Assembly: GCA_001704065.1 (NCBI GenBank)
Contig: LHBX01000057.1
Location: forward strand, 3,634 to 67,633
DNA: 64,000 nucleotides
Reading direction: 5' to 3'
Source of the DNA: Pelagibacteraceae bacterium GOM-A1
GTDB taxonomy: Bacteria; Pseudomonadota; Alphaproteobacteria; Pelagibacterales; Pelagibacteraceae
The position numbers and the translations under genes were made by a program. Positions within the stretch are counted from its first letter, which is position 1. Each line of letters starts with the position of its first letter. Under the pieces are notes generated by a model that saw only the letters and a list, made by a program, of their open reading frames with translations, was not told the origin of the DNA and ran no database searches. Shown one piece after another: positions 21,193 through 31,021 of the stretch.

Positions 21193-21452
21193 GGGGCGTT
21201 CTGTTGCCAGGTGCCCCGGACCCCGTAACTTAATTAATAAATTAATTAAGCTGCAAGTGCGTAACTTTCGTTAGCATTTATAAATTAGCCCTTCACGGCG
21301 GAACAATACCGAACGAAAGAATAACTTTTAGTCATCCGTCGATCCTAATTCACCCCCATAAGTTGAAAATGGTGGAGGTGGTGGGTACTGCCCCCACGTC
21401 CGTAATGGTTATTACGAAATTCGTTTATCGTCATAGTTGGAAAACCAACATT
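21193..21452 (-). ncRNA. ssrA: two-piece circularly permuted tmRNA (outer ends approximate)
   Basis: On the minus strand the acceptor piece ends ...CACCTCCACCA at 21370, a 12-nt spacer follows, and the coding piece starts GGGGGTGAA at 21357. Stem GGGGGTG/CACCTCC has the G3-U70 Ala determinant; helix GTTATT/AATAAC and TTCGTT/AACGAA joins the pieces; GGCAACAGAA near the 3' end. Confidence 0.95.
21246..21275 (-). other. tmRNA tag reading frame (A)ANESYALAA
   Basis: ATAAAT followed by GCT AAC GAA AGT TAC GCA CTT GCA GCT TAA; the stop codon lies in the CTTAATTAAT/ATTAATTAAG hairpin. Confidence 0.92.
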
Positions 21453-21493
21453 AATAATATAAAACCAAATTCAACAGATTCAATAAATTATTC

Positions 21494-22441
21494 ATGAAGT
21501 TAACAGACGAACAAATAAAAGAAATAAAAGACCAGCAATCTCAGCAAAATTCAACAAAAAGAGTAACAGCTCCAGAACTTGAAAAAATTCTATACGATGC
21601 AATTCCAATATTAGACCACGGTTTTATAAGAGTGGTCGATTATATGGGTGATGATACCTCCGTAGTTCAATCAGCTAGAGTTTCTTATGGAAAAGGCACG
21701 AAAAAAGTTTCAACAGATTCTGGTTTAATAAAATATTTAATGAGGCACTGGCATAGTACTCCTTTTGAGATGTGTGAAATAAAATATCATGTAAAGCTAC
21801 CCATATTTATTGCAAGACAATGGATTAGACATAGAACAGCAAATGTAAATGAATATTCTGCAAGATACTCGATTTTAGATAAAGAATTTTATCTACCAGA
21901 GCCACAACATCTAGCTGCACAATCACGAAGCAATAGACAGGGTAGAGGAGATATTTTAGATGGAGAAAAAGCAAAAAAAGTTTTGAATTTATTAAAAGGA
22001 GATGCTGAACAAACTTATAATAATTATGAAACTATGCTTAATGAAAGATATGACGGCTCAACTATAGATGAAAATGCTGTAGGTTTAGCAAGAGAGCTTG
22101 CTAGAATGAACTTAACATTAAATACTTATACGCAATGGTATTGGAAAACAGATTTATTAAATCTGATGAATTTTTTGAGGCTTAGAGCAGATCATCATGC
22201 ACAATATGAAATAAGAGCTTACGCTGATGCTATGCTCGATACTGTAAAAAAATGGGTGCCAATAACTTATGAAGCTTTCATGGATTATAGAATTGGAGGA
22301 ACAGAAGTCTCAGCAAAAGGAAAAAATATAATTAAAAAATTAATAAAGGGAGAAAACATTTCTATTGAAGATTCTGGTTTATCAAAAAGAGAGTGGAATG
22401 AATTAATGGAAAGTTTCGATTTGAAAAATAAAATTATTTAA
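21494..22441 (+). CDS. thyX: FAD-dependent thymidylate synthase
   Basis: [42 protein letters not shown]. Confidence 0.97.
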   Translation: MKLTDEQIKEIKDQQSQQNSTKRVTAPELEKILYDAIPILDHGFIRVVDYMGDDTSVVQSARVSYGKGTKKVSTDSGLIKYLMRHWHSTPFEMCEIKYHVKLPIFIARQWIRHRTANVNEYSARYSILDKEFYLPEPQHLAAQSRSNRQGRGDILDGEKAKKVLNLLKGDAEQTYNNYETMLNERYDGSTIDENAVGLARELARMNLTLNTYTQWYWKTDLLNLMNFLRLRADHHAQYEIRAYADAMLDTVKKWVPITYEAFMDYRIGGTEVSAKGKNIIKKLIKGENISIEDSGLSKREWNELMESFDLKNKII

Positions 22442-22445
22442 TTTA

Positions 22446-23126
22446 TTAATTTTTTAAGTAATTTTTATTTTTATATATTTGGTCCTCATAATTCCATAAT
22501 GGATCTTTAAATTTCTTTATTAATTTAAAATCATTTTTTATTAGAACTTTTTGGATAGCAGGAAATGAATATCCTTTATATAAATATTTATCTAGTTGTT
22601 TTTCAATTATAATAAATCCAATTTTTTTAAAATTTTTTTTCGAAATACCTTTTAAAACATCTATCTCAAAACCTTCCGTATCAATCTTAAGTATATCAAT
22701 TTTCTTTATTCGATATTTATTAAAAAAAAAATTTATTGGATAGATATTTACTTTTACTTTTTTTATTTTTTCTTTAAGAAAATGAAAGAAGAAAATATTT
22801 CTCAAATTTTTTTTTAAGGTAGGTTTTTGAAAACTCGAACTGCTTGCATTTGGCATAATAAAAAAAGTCTTTTTTTCAATTTTTTTACCAATACCAACAC
22901 GGAAATACTTATTTTTACTTTTTTTTTCAAGTCTTTTGAAATAATTTATGTTTGGTTCAAAAAAAAAAACTTTACTTTGTTTAAAGCTATTACCAAATTG
23001 TCCTTTGAATGCCCCAATATCAAAAACTATATCTGCCTTACACTTATCTTTAATAAATTTTGTTACTTGACTCATATGAAATAAAAATGTGTAGCTAAAA
23101 ATAAAGGTAAGAAAACGGGCTATCAT
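22446..23126 (-). CDS. FkbM family SAM-dependent methyltransferase
   Basis: VFDIGAFKG, FEPN, IDILKIDTEGFE. Confidence 0.88.
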   Translation of the reverse strand: MIARFLTFIFSYTFLFHMSQVTKFIKDKCKADIVFDIGAFKGQFGNSFKQSKVFFFEPNINYFKRLEKKSKNKYFRVGIGKKIEKKTFFIMPNASSSSFQKPTLKKNLRNIFFFHFLKEKIKKVKVNIYPINFFFNKYRIKKIDILKIDTEGFEIDVLKGISKKNFKKIGFIIIEKQLDKYLYKGYSFPAIQKVLIKNDFKLIKKFKDPLWNYEDQIYKNKNYLKN

Positions 23127-23275
23127 AAATATTAATACATATAAATAATTAAGTTATTTATGGGTTAACGAATATCACCCTTATTTAAAAAAAAAAGTTA
23201 TAAATATTTGTAAATTATCTTTTGTTTAATATGATAATAATTGTAATTTGTTTAGATTATTTTATTTAGTATAAA

Positions 23276-24460
23276 TTGAAGAATGTAATTATAACTGATG
23301 GTTTTTGGAGGAAATCTCTAAGTTGCGTTAGATCTCTTGGAAAAGCAGGATATAACGTTACAGTTTTGGGTGACTCTGTTTTTACAACCGCTTTTTGGAG
23401 TGGATTTACAAACAATAGAGTTTTAAGTCCATCGTCACAGGAAAGTCTATCTGATTTTAACAGCTTTGTAACAAAATATATTGAAAAAAAAAATTTTGAG
23501 TTAGGAGAAAAAATAATATTGATACCAAGTGAAGACAGTACCATTAATTGGTTATCAGCACGCAGAAGAAAAATTTCTAAACACGCAAAATTTCTAATTC
23601 CAGACCAAAATTCTCTTAAACTTGCTCAGTCTAAAGAGTCCACTTTGAGAGCGGCTAACAAGATTGGAATTGATATTCCAGAGACATACTTTTTTAAAAA
23701 TTACAATCAATTCAAAAAAAAAATCCATTTTTTATCGAGAAAAAATTTATTAAAAAAATATATAATCAAACCAGATGTGGGTTCAGGTTCTATTGGAATT
23801 ATTTACCCAAAAGAAAATAATATTAAAAATTTAAGCTTTCACTGGAAAAAATTTGGTAAATTATTAATTCAAAAAAAAATTAATTCAAAAGGAAATGGCA
23901 TTGGTGTTTCAATGATATTTGATAAAAATTCAAGGTGTATTGCCAACTTTTCTCATAAACGAATTAAAGAATATCCATTGAAAGGTGGACCAAGCACAAT
24001 TCGTAAAAGCATAAAAAACAAAAATTTACAAAATTTATCAAAAAAACTTTTACAAAAACTTAATTGGAAAGGAGTTGCTATGGTTGAGTGGAAAATAGAT
24101 ATAGATGAAAAAAAAATAAAATTATTAGAGATTAACCCAAGGTTTTGGGGAAGTCTTGAATTAGCTGTTAGATCAGGTGTAAATTTTCCACTATTATATG
24201 CACATCTCTCCAGTGGACGAAAAGTAAAAGTAATCAAAAGATATAAACCAGGTGTAATATGTAGATGGATATTTCCAGGTGACATACTTAGATTTATAAA
24301 TGACAAAAATAATAAAGAAAATTTGTGGAATTTTATAAAATCAATATTTAAAGAAGGTGAAGAGTATGATTCAAAAGATATTAGGGGTTTCATATCCTCT
24401 ATATTTTGTAATTTATTTTCAGTATTTAAACCCAAATATTGGAAATACCTGACAAGATAA
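23276..24460 (+). CDS. ATP-grasp carboxylate-amine ligase (polysaccharide-cluster type)
   Basis: IIKP..GSGSIGI, LIQKKI, GVAMVEWK, LLEINPRFWGS; TTG start. Confidence 0.85.
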   Translation: MKNVIITDGFWRKSLSCVRSLGKAGYNVTVLGDSVFTTAFWSGFTNNRVLSPSSQESLSDFNSFVTKYIEKKNFELGEKIILIPSEDSTINWLSARRRKISKHAKFLIPDQNSLKLAQSKESTLRAANKIGIDIPETYFFKNYNQFKKKIHFLSRKNLLKKYIIKPDVGSGSIGIIYPKENNIKNLSFHWKKFGKLLIQKKINSKGNGIGVSMIFDKNSRCIANFSHKRIKEYPLKGGPSTIRKSIKNKNLQNLSKKLLQKLNWKGVAMVEWKIDIDEKKIKLLEINPRFWGSLELAVRSGVNFPLLYAHLSSGRKVKVIKRYKPGVICRWIFPGDILRFINDKNNKENLWNFIKSIFKEGEEYDSKDIRGFISSIFCNLFSVFKPKYWKYLTR

Positions 24461-24538
24461 AAATATATATAATAAAATTATCTAGAAACTATTTACTTAG
24501 AAAGTAATGTGATACCTTAAGAAAAAAATTGTATTAAT

Positions 24539-25297
24539 TTGACTGATAATTTAATTTTAATTTTGGCACATCAAGATGATGAAATGTTTATTTTTAATAG
24601 AATACATCATCATAAAAATAAAAAAAAAATTTTTATTTTTTATATGACATCAGGGCTTGATGAAAATTTAAAAAAAGACGAAGTAAATCATCGAAATATT
24701 GAAAGTTTAAAAGTTTTATTAAAAATGGGAGTTTCAAAAAGAAACATTCGATTTATTGGAGGAAAATTATCTATAAAAGTTAACACACTTTACAAGTCTA
24801 TGGAAAAAGCTTTCAATGAGTTATCAAGGGAAGTTAATAAAATTAGAGGCCCAAAAGTAATTATAACTCATGCTTTAGAGGGAGGTCATGAAGATCATGA
24901 TGCATGTTATTATTTAACAAAAAAATTATCATTTAAAAAAAAAGATGTTTTAAAAATTTATCAATTTCCTGCTTATCATGGGAAAAATTTACCTTTCATT
25001 TTTTATAAGGTACAAAGCCCTTTGAAAGAAAATGGTTCAATTAATTCAAAAAAAATATGTCTTTTAAGCCGATTTAAATTTATATATTTATTATTTACTT
25101 ATGTTTCGCAAATCAAAGTTTGGATTGGCTTATATCCATTTATTATTTTAAATTTTTTATTAAAAAGAAATGATAAGCTACAAGAAGTCCCTAAAAATAT
25201 ATTAATAAGAAAACCACATTTAGGGAAGTTATTGTATGAAAAAAGAGGATTTTGCAAATATTTAGTATTTAAAAAATATGTAAAAAAATTTTTATAA
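24539..25297 (+). CDS. PIG-L/LmbE family de-N-acetylase
   Basis: LAHQDDE (variant of PHPDDE) and GGHEDH zinc-binding motifs, R..E helix; TTG start. Confidence 0.8.
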   Translation: MTDNLILILAHQDDEMFIFNRIHHHKNKKKIFIFYMTSGLDENLKKDEVNHRNIESLKVLLKMGVSKRNIRFIGGKLSIKVNTLYKSMEKAFNELSREVNKIRGPKVIITHALEGGHEDHDACYYLTKKLSFKKKDVLKIYQFPAYHGKNLPFIFYKVQSPLKENGSINSKKICLLSRFKFIYLLFTYVSQIKVWIGLYPFIILNFLLKRNDKLQEVPKNILIRKPHLGKLLYEKRGFCKYLVFKKYVKKFL

Positions 25298-25298
25298 A

Positions 25299-26252
25299 AT
25301 GATAGAAAATAAATCTATTTGTATTGTAGTACCGGTATATAATGTTGGAAATAAAATTGTTGATTTTATTTCTTCAATTCCCGACTATGTTGATAAAATA
25401 ATAGTTATAGATGATAAATGTCCGCTTAAAAGTGGTTTAATTTTAAAAAAAAATACACCTGAAAATAAAAAATTAAACATCTTATTTAACGAAAATAATC
25501 TTGGCGTGGGTGGTACTGTTAAAAGAGGTTACAATGAAGCTTTAAAAAGTAATGAGGATATAATTATAAAAATAGATGGTGATGGTCAAATGGATCCTGA
25601 CCAAATACCAATCTTAACAAAATCAATAATTAATGGTTATGATTATTCAAAAGGCAACAGGTTTCTTAACAATACTTATATAAAAAATTATCCATTAGAA
25701 AGGTTTTATGGTAATAAATTTTTGTCTTTATTTTCAAAATTATCTACTGGCTATTGGGATATATTTGATCCAATTAATGGGTTCACAGCAATCAAAAGAG
25801 AAAAACTAAATAATATAAATTTAGATGATATAGATAATGGTTATTTTTTTGAGACAGATATGCTTTTTAATTTATATCTTTTAAAATCAAAAATTAAGGA
25901 TGTGCCAGTAAAAATTAAATATTTTAAAAATCATAGACAGAACTTAAGTATTTTTAGAGAAAGTTTTAATTTTTTTTTTAAAAATCTCCATAGATTATTA
26001 AAGAGAGTAAAAATTTCTTATCTTAGTAATAATTTTGGATTGCCAGGTTTATTATTTTCTATTGGCTCTATCTCTTTGATTTTTACATTATTTTATGGTG
26101 GATTTAATTGGTTTTATTATTCATTTATAAAAGAAACATTTGCTCCAAATGGAGTAATTACTTTTAGCGCCATTTCATTAATTGTTGGATTATTTTCTAT
26201 GTTTATGTTCATGATTATAGATAATAATAATAATCCCAACTTAAAAAAATGA
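25299..26252 (+). CDS. GT2 polyprenol-phosphate glycosyltransferase (DPM1/ArnC-like) with two C-terminal TM helices
   Basis: VVPVYN, VIDD, N.GVG, IDGDGQMDP, KGNRF, D..NGF, Y.FETDML; hydrophobic C-terminus. Confidence 0.85.
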   Translation: MIENKSICIVVPVYNVGNKIVDFISSIPDYVDKIIVIDDKCPLKSGLILKKNTPENKKLNILFNENNLGVGGTVKRGYNEALKSNEDIIIKIDGDGQMDPDQIPILTKSIINGYDYSKGNRFLNNTYIKNYPLERFYGNKFLSLFSKLSTGYWDIFDPINGFTAIKREKLNNINLDDIDNGYFFETDMLFNLYLLKSKIKDVPVKIKYFKNHRQNLSIFRESFNFFFKNLHRLLKRVKISYLSNNFGLPGLLFSIGSISLIFTLFYGGFNWFYYSFIKETFAPNGVITFSAISLIVGLFSMFMFMIIDNNNNPNLKK

Positions 26253-27553
26253 ATAAAAAAAATCTTATTGTTTTCGAAATTAACGAATTTGATTACAAAT
26301 TTTTCATTTATGGTTCTAAAAAATATAAATTTCCGCAAATAAAAAATTTTTTTAAACTTAAAAAGAAAAATACGATTACCAAAGATAATAAGGAAGGATT
26401 AAACTTAGATCCATGGGTACAATGGGTGTCGGCTCATACAGGCAAAGATTCAAATAAACATAAAGTTTTAAGGATCGGGCAAGTTTTAGACAAAGATATA
26501 AGACAAGTATGGGAAAAACTTCCAAACAAGAAAAGAGTTTCAGTATGGGGGCTCTTTAACTCGATTTTAAGAAAAAAAAATAATATTGATTTATTTTATC
26601 CTGATCCTTGGAGTTTTACACAAAAAGCTTATCCAGAAAATCTAAATTCCTTTTTAGCTTTGCCAAGATATTATGCAAAAAATTATCCAAATTTTAATTT
26701 ATCAGATATTTTGAATTGTAGTTTAAAATTATTAAACAAAGTATTATTTTCAGGAATAATTTTTTTTATAATTAAAAATATTATTAGTTTAACATCTATT
26801 TTTTTTCGTTCAGGGTTAAGTTCATTCAATATTTATTTCTTATTTGATCTTTTTTCTTTAATTTTGTTGCGAGAACAACTTAATAAAAATAGATCAGATC
26901 TAGTAATCATTGGTTTAAATTCATTTGCTCACTATCAGCATAATTACTGGAATGAAAAAAAATACGAAAAAATTTATTTTTGGTATTTAAATCAAATGAT
27001 AATTGAAATGAATAAAATTTCTCAAAATTACAATAGCAAAATTGTGTTTAATGGTTTCTCACAAAAAAAAGTCAAAGTAAATTATTATCCTCGCATTATT
27101 GATCAAAAGAAATTTTTTAAAGATCTTAAAATAAATTATATTAGGCATGAAATAAATATGACATATGGAGGTACTATTTATTTTAAAAGTTTAAATGACA
27201 AATATAAAGCAATAAAAATTTTAAAACAAATTGGATATAATAATAAAAGATTGTTTGATGTTTCAGATTTTAATAATGAAAAAAAAATTTTTTATTCAAT
27301 AAACTTTGTTTTTATAAATAAAAAAAATTTTAAAGAGATAAATAAATTACCAAAGAAAAATATCGTAAATGATAAATTTATTTTTAAAAAAATAATCAAA
27401 AACATAAAACTCAATCAATCAACAAGTAGACACTTGCAAAATGGATTAATTTTTTTTAGTTCTGAAATAAAATTAAAAAAAACTTATTTTATAAGAAATT
27501 ATTTTTATAACCAAAAACTATACAATTTAATTTTAGATTATTTTAAAAATTAA
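26249..27553 (+). CDS. uncharacterised alkaline-phosphatase/nucleotide-pyrophosphatase superfamily protein
   Basis: N-terminal LIVFEINE metal-site strand, LDPWVQWVSAHTG (W.S..TG nucleophile region), AHYQH second-metal-like motif. Confidence 0.5.
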   Translation: MNKKNLIVFEINEFDYKFFIYGSKKYKFPQIKNFFKLKKKNTITKDNKEGLNLDPWVQWVSAHTGKDSNKHKVLRIGQVLDKDIRQVWEKLPNKKRVSVWGLFNSILRKKNNIDLFYPDPWSFTQKAYPENLNSFLALPRYYAKNYPNFNLSDILNCSLKLLNKVLFSGIIFFIIKNIISLTSIFFRSGLSSFNIYFLFDLFSLILLREQLNKNRSDLVIIGLNSFAHYQHNYWNEKKYEKIYFWYLNQMIIEMNKISQNYNSKIVFNGFSQKKVKVNYYPRIIDQKKFFKDLKINYIRHEINMTYGGTIYFKSLNDKYKAIKILKQIGYNNKRLFDVSDFNNEKKIFYSINFVFINKKNFKEINKLPKKNIVNDKFIFKKIIKNIKLNQSTSRHLQNGLIFFSSEIKLKKTYFIRNYFYNQKLYNLILDYFKN

Positions 27554-28353
27554 TAAAAATTTATAACTTCGGATTTCCAACTACATTTTTCGTTGATAAA
27601 AACAAAATTTTCTCCATTAATGTATGTCTTGAATTTTAAATTATTTTTTGAAAATGATTGAAATATTTTATTTGTGGCAAACGGGCTATCATTATCTGGA
27701 CATTCAATAATAATCATATTTACACTCTTGATCCATTCAGCTGCACTGTCATCAAATATAACACTCTCTGATCCTTCAATATCAATTTTAAGAATATCAA
27801 TTTTATTAATTTTATGATCATCTATTATATTTTTGATAGTTGTTGTCGGAACTACATCTGATAAACCATTTTTTTTACTTATCTTAAAAGTTTGAGAGCT
27901 CGTCTCAAAATAATTATTTTCAATACTTACTTTATCTACTTTATTCCAAATGGCTTTATTAATTGAAATAATGTTTTTTTTATTTTCAATGTTTTTTAGA
28001 AGAACTTTGTAATTATTTAACTCTGGCTCAACACATATAATTTTAGAATCTGGAAATAATTTATTAAATCTTAAAGTTTCAACACCAATATTTGCACCGA
28101 TATCTAAAATAATTTCTGGCTCTTCTCCAAAAGTATTAATGTTTATTTGTTGATTGTAAAAATGACCAACAACACCATAATCTATTTTGCTTCTCCAATA
28201 GATATCTCCAAATTTCTTTGTTTTTAGACAAGATATTTCATCACTCGGAAAGAATTTTAAAAATAAAATTTTGATAGTGTTTATGAGACCCAAGTTATGG
28301 ATTGATATGGAATATCTTGTAAGTGGTGTTAAAATATTTATTAAAAATTTCAT
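27550..28353 (-). CDS. second FkbM family methyltransferase
   Basis: ILDIGANIGV, CVEP...NY, NKAIW, IDILKIDIEGSE. Confidence 0.9.
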   Translation of the reverse strand: MKFLINILTPLTRYSISIHNLGLINTIKILFLKFFPSDEISCLKTKKFGDIYWRSKIDYGVVGHFYNQQININTFGEEPEIILDIGANIGVETLRFNKLFPDSKIICVEPELNNYKVLLKNIENKKNIISINKAIWNKVDKVSIENNYFETSSQTFKISKKNGLSDVVPTTTIKNIIDDHKINKIDILKIDIEGSESVIFDDSAAEWIKSVNMIIIECPDNDSPFATNKIFQSFSKNNLKFKTYINGENFVFINEKCSWKSEVINFY

Positions 28354-28360
28354 AATTTAT

Positions 28361-30073
28361 TTATTTGATGAACAAATAGTGATCGTTATAAAAAAATAAT
28401 GTTTTAAATTTATTATCCCTATAATAATCTCGCATTTCTTCACCAATTAAATTTTGGCAATAAGAACTTTTTATTAACAAATAATATTTTTCTTCATTCT
28501 TTAAAAGATCTTTGCAATCGTGTTTGACTATTACTCTGTTTTCAATTTTTGGTAGATATCTAAAATCCATTTGATCGGGAATAGATAAAATCTTGAAATT
28601 ATTTTTATCAACATAGTGATAAATTAATGAGTTAAGAACTTTATCTCCTCTCTCATTTTTTTTATTAAGGTTTGAAGAAATCAATCTTTCAGTACTCCTA
28701 TAATTATTTAAAATTAATAGTATTAAAATTATCGAAATAAAACCCAAAAAATTAAAGAAGTAAATTGGATATTTGAAATTATAAATTTTAAATTTATTAA
28801 CAAGTTCATAAACTCCAAAAGAAATATTGATAGCTAGAAATGGAACGATTAATGAAATATGCCTATTATCGTAACCAAAATAAAAGTAATAAAGAGCAAA
28901 AAATGGTAATGAAATAATTAAAAATAATTTTAATGAGTGTTTATTAATTAAACCTAGAAAAATCAAGGCCAGGAAAGGTATCCACATAAAACCAAAAATA
29001 TTCTCAAGTTTTTCTAAAAGTGAACCTTGATTTAAAGATATTATGAAACCTAAATTACTTGTTTGAGTCTTCAGAAATAAAATATTATATGCTTTACTGG
29101 TTATCCAAATAAAAGGACCAAATATTGGTATGATTATAAAAATAGTATTTTTTATAACTTCTCTAAAATTTTTTTTATTTATAAAAAAAAATAAGTAGAA
29201 TATTGGAAAAATAAAACAAATAAAAAAACCAGTTTGTTTAAGAATTGGACTTGAAATAACTATTAATCCAGAAATTATATACTCAAAATAACTCAATTTA
29301 TTTTTATATAAATAAAGTAAGTAAAATACAAAAGCAGTAGAACTAGATGTTAGGAATAATAAAGGTTCATTTAAACCTATATACATCCCATAATTTCTAA
29401 AAATATAAACAAAAACAAATAAAGTAATTAAAAGAGATATTTTAATATAGTTTTGAAACTTGTTAGCTAAAACTGAAGTTCGATAAAAAATAAAAAAAAT
29501 CCAAATTGGATAAATTATCAATATTGCTCTGGTAAAAAATTCTACATCAGTATTATTTATAAATTTATAAACTACCGACATTAGAATAGACATCCCCGGA
29601 GTATAAAATCCAAAGTCCTTAGGGCTGCTATTAAACCAGAAAATACTCCAAGGATTGAAGCTACGTATTGCATCACCAATATGAATTACTTCACCTAAAG
29701 TTTTGAGCCCAAAATAACAAATAAATACAAAAAAAACTAAATTAGCTAAATCTATTAAATTAAATTTAAATGCTATATTATTTTTTAGTTTTATAAAGTT
29801 TTCTAAATGCAGAATTGAATTTCTAAAGTATGTGCTTCTGTATAAATTTAAAAATATAATTATTAGTTCTAGCCCCACCAATATTAAAATACTAGTTTGA
29901 TAATAAATTTTGAAAAAAACAAGCAATGAGACTATGATGGTATTTAGTGTTATACTTAGTGGTAGTGATAATATTATACAGTCAATGAACTTTAATTTTC
30001 GATTAAACGATAATAAAGTAATTCCTGGTAAAAACCAAACTTGTAAAATTCCTAATATTCCAAATAGAAACAT
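28361..30073 (-). CDS. multi-pass membrane protein, probable GT-C fold (ArnT/PMT-like) glycosyltransferase
   Basis: About 12-13 hydrophobic segments, FLPG in TM1, acidic loop motifs GDA and NEP, LKQTG, DNRH before a late TM helix, soluble C-terminal domain. Confidence 0.5.
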   Translation of the reverse strand: MFLFGILGILQVWFLPGITLLSFNRKLKFIDCIILSLPLSITLNTIIVSLLVFFKIYYQTSILILVGLELIIIFLNLYRSTYFRNSILHLENFIKLKNNIAFKFNLIDLANLVFFVFICYFGLKTLGEVIHIGDAIRSFNPWSIFWFNSSPKDFGFYTPGMSILMSVVYKFINNTDVEFFTRAILIIYPIWIFFIFYRTSVLANKFQNYIKISLLITLFVFVYIFRNYGMYIGLNEPLLFLTSSSTAFVFYLLYLYKNKLSYFEYIISGLIVISSPILKQTGFFICFIFPIFYLFFFINKKNFREVIKNTIFIIIPIFGPFIWITSKAYNILFLKTQTSNLGFIISLNQGSLLEKLENIFGFMWIPFLALIFLGLINKHSLKLFLIISLPFFALYYFYFGYDNRHISLIVPFLAINISFGVYELVNKFKIYNFKYPIYFFNFLGFISIILILLILNNYRSTERLISSNLNKKNERGDKVLNSLIYHYVDKNNFKILSIPDQMDFRYLPKIENRVIVKHDCKDLLKNEEKYYLLIKSSYCQNLIGEEMRDYYRDNKFKTLFFYNDHYLFIK

Positions 30074-30118
30074 GTTAATTTATTATCTCTACCTCACTCT
30101 TCTATAAATTAAAGATTT

Positions 30119-31021
30119 TTATTTAGAGTTTAAATAATCTTTTATTTGCAGCTTTAATCCTTCCTCTATTTTTATTGGATTAAAATTAAAATCTTTAATT
30201 GCTTCATCAAAAGTGAATATTTTATCTTCACCTTGTCTTCTGACTTGTGATGAATTTATTGGGAATTTTCCAAAAAACAAAATATTTAAAATTTTAACTA
30301 ATATTGCGCTAAAATTTATCGGTAATCTTATAAATATAATTTTTTTCTTTAAAGTAGCTTCAATAATCTTTAAAATTTTTGAATATTCAATAGAATTTTT
30401 GCCAGCTAAATTATAGCACTTGTTAAATGTAACATTTTTATTTTTAATGACATTAAAGTAAGATTTGGATAAATCATTTACATATATTGGTTGTAATAAA
30501 TTTTTCCCATTTCCAAATATTGGAAAAATCTTATATTTATCTAAGTACTTAATTAATCTAGAAATATTAATATCTCTTTTGTTACCATAAATCATTGTTG
30601 GACGAAGTATAGTTATATTTTTGTTTTTTTTTAAAATATCTTTCTCAATATTAATTCTATTTAAAATAAATTTTGATTTATTTTTTGAGAAGATCATTGT
30701 AGAGTGAACTAAAATAAACCATTTAACTTTTTGTTTTGATCCAAATTCAACAATTTTTGGACTATTTTCCATATTAGCTAAATTTAATACAGTATCAATG
30801 TTATCAAAACATTTTTCCAAAAAGTTAGTATCATTAATATCACCATTTAATATTTTAAAATTTAATCTAAATTGATTGAAATATTTATTTTTACTTTTAT
30901 CTCTAGATACAACAGTAATTTCTCCTTCAAATTTTTCTTTTTCTAATATTTTTAAAAAATAATTTGCTGTATTTCCTCTCGCCCCAAAAATTATAAGTTT
31001 TTCAAAATTTTGAAGTAACAT
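30119..31021 (-). CDS. NAD-dependent epimerase/dehydratase-like (atypical SDR)
   Basis: IIFGARGNTA Rossmann motif, ILRPTMIYG, IFGNG..LLQPIYV.DL, YNLAG. Confidence 0.82.
   Translation of the reverse strand: MLLQNFEKLIIFGARGNTANYFLKILEKEKFEGEITVVSRDKSKNKYFNQFRLNFKILNGDINDTNFLEKCFDNIDTVLNLANMENSPKIVEFGSKQKVKWFILVHSTMIFSKNKSKFILNRINIEKDILKKNKNITILRPTMIYGNKRDINISRLIKYLDKYKIFPIFGNGKNLLQPIYVNDLSKSYFNVIKNKNVTFNKCYNLAGKNSIEYSKILKIIEATLKKKIIFIRLPINFSAILVKILNILFFGKFPINSSQVRRQGEDKIFTFDEAIKDFNFNPIKIEEGLKLQIKDYLNSK

Noticed and set aside
21370-21402. tRNA-like T-arm plus CCA on the minus strand
   Set aside because: It is the acceptor piece of the permuted tmRNA, not a separate tRNA or an attachment-site remnant.
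22722-23196. A10-A11 tracts in the first FkbM gene and its promoter region as phase-variation switches
   Set aside because: Equal or longer runs occur in core genes (sppA A13, glyQ A10) and all frames are intact, so they are not island-specific evidence.
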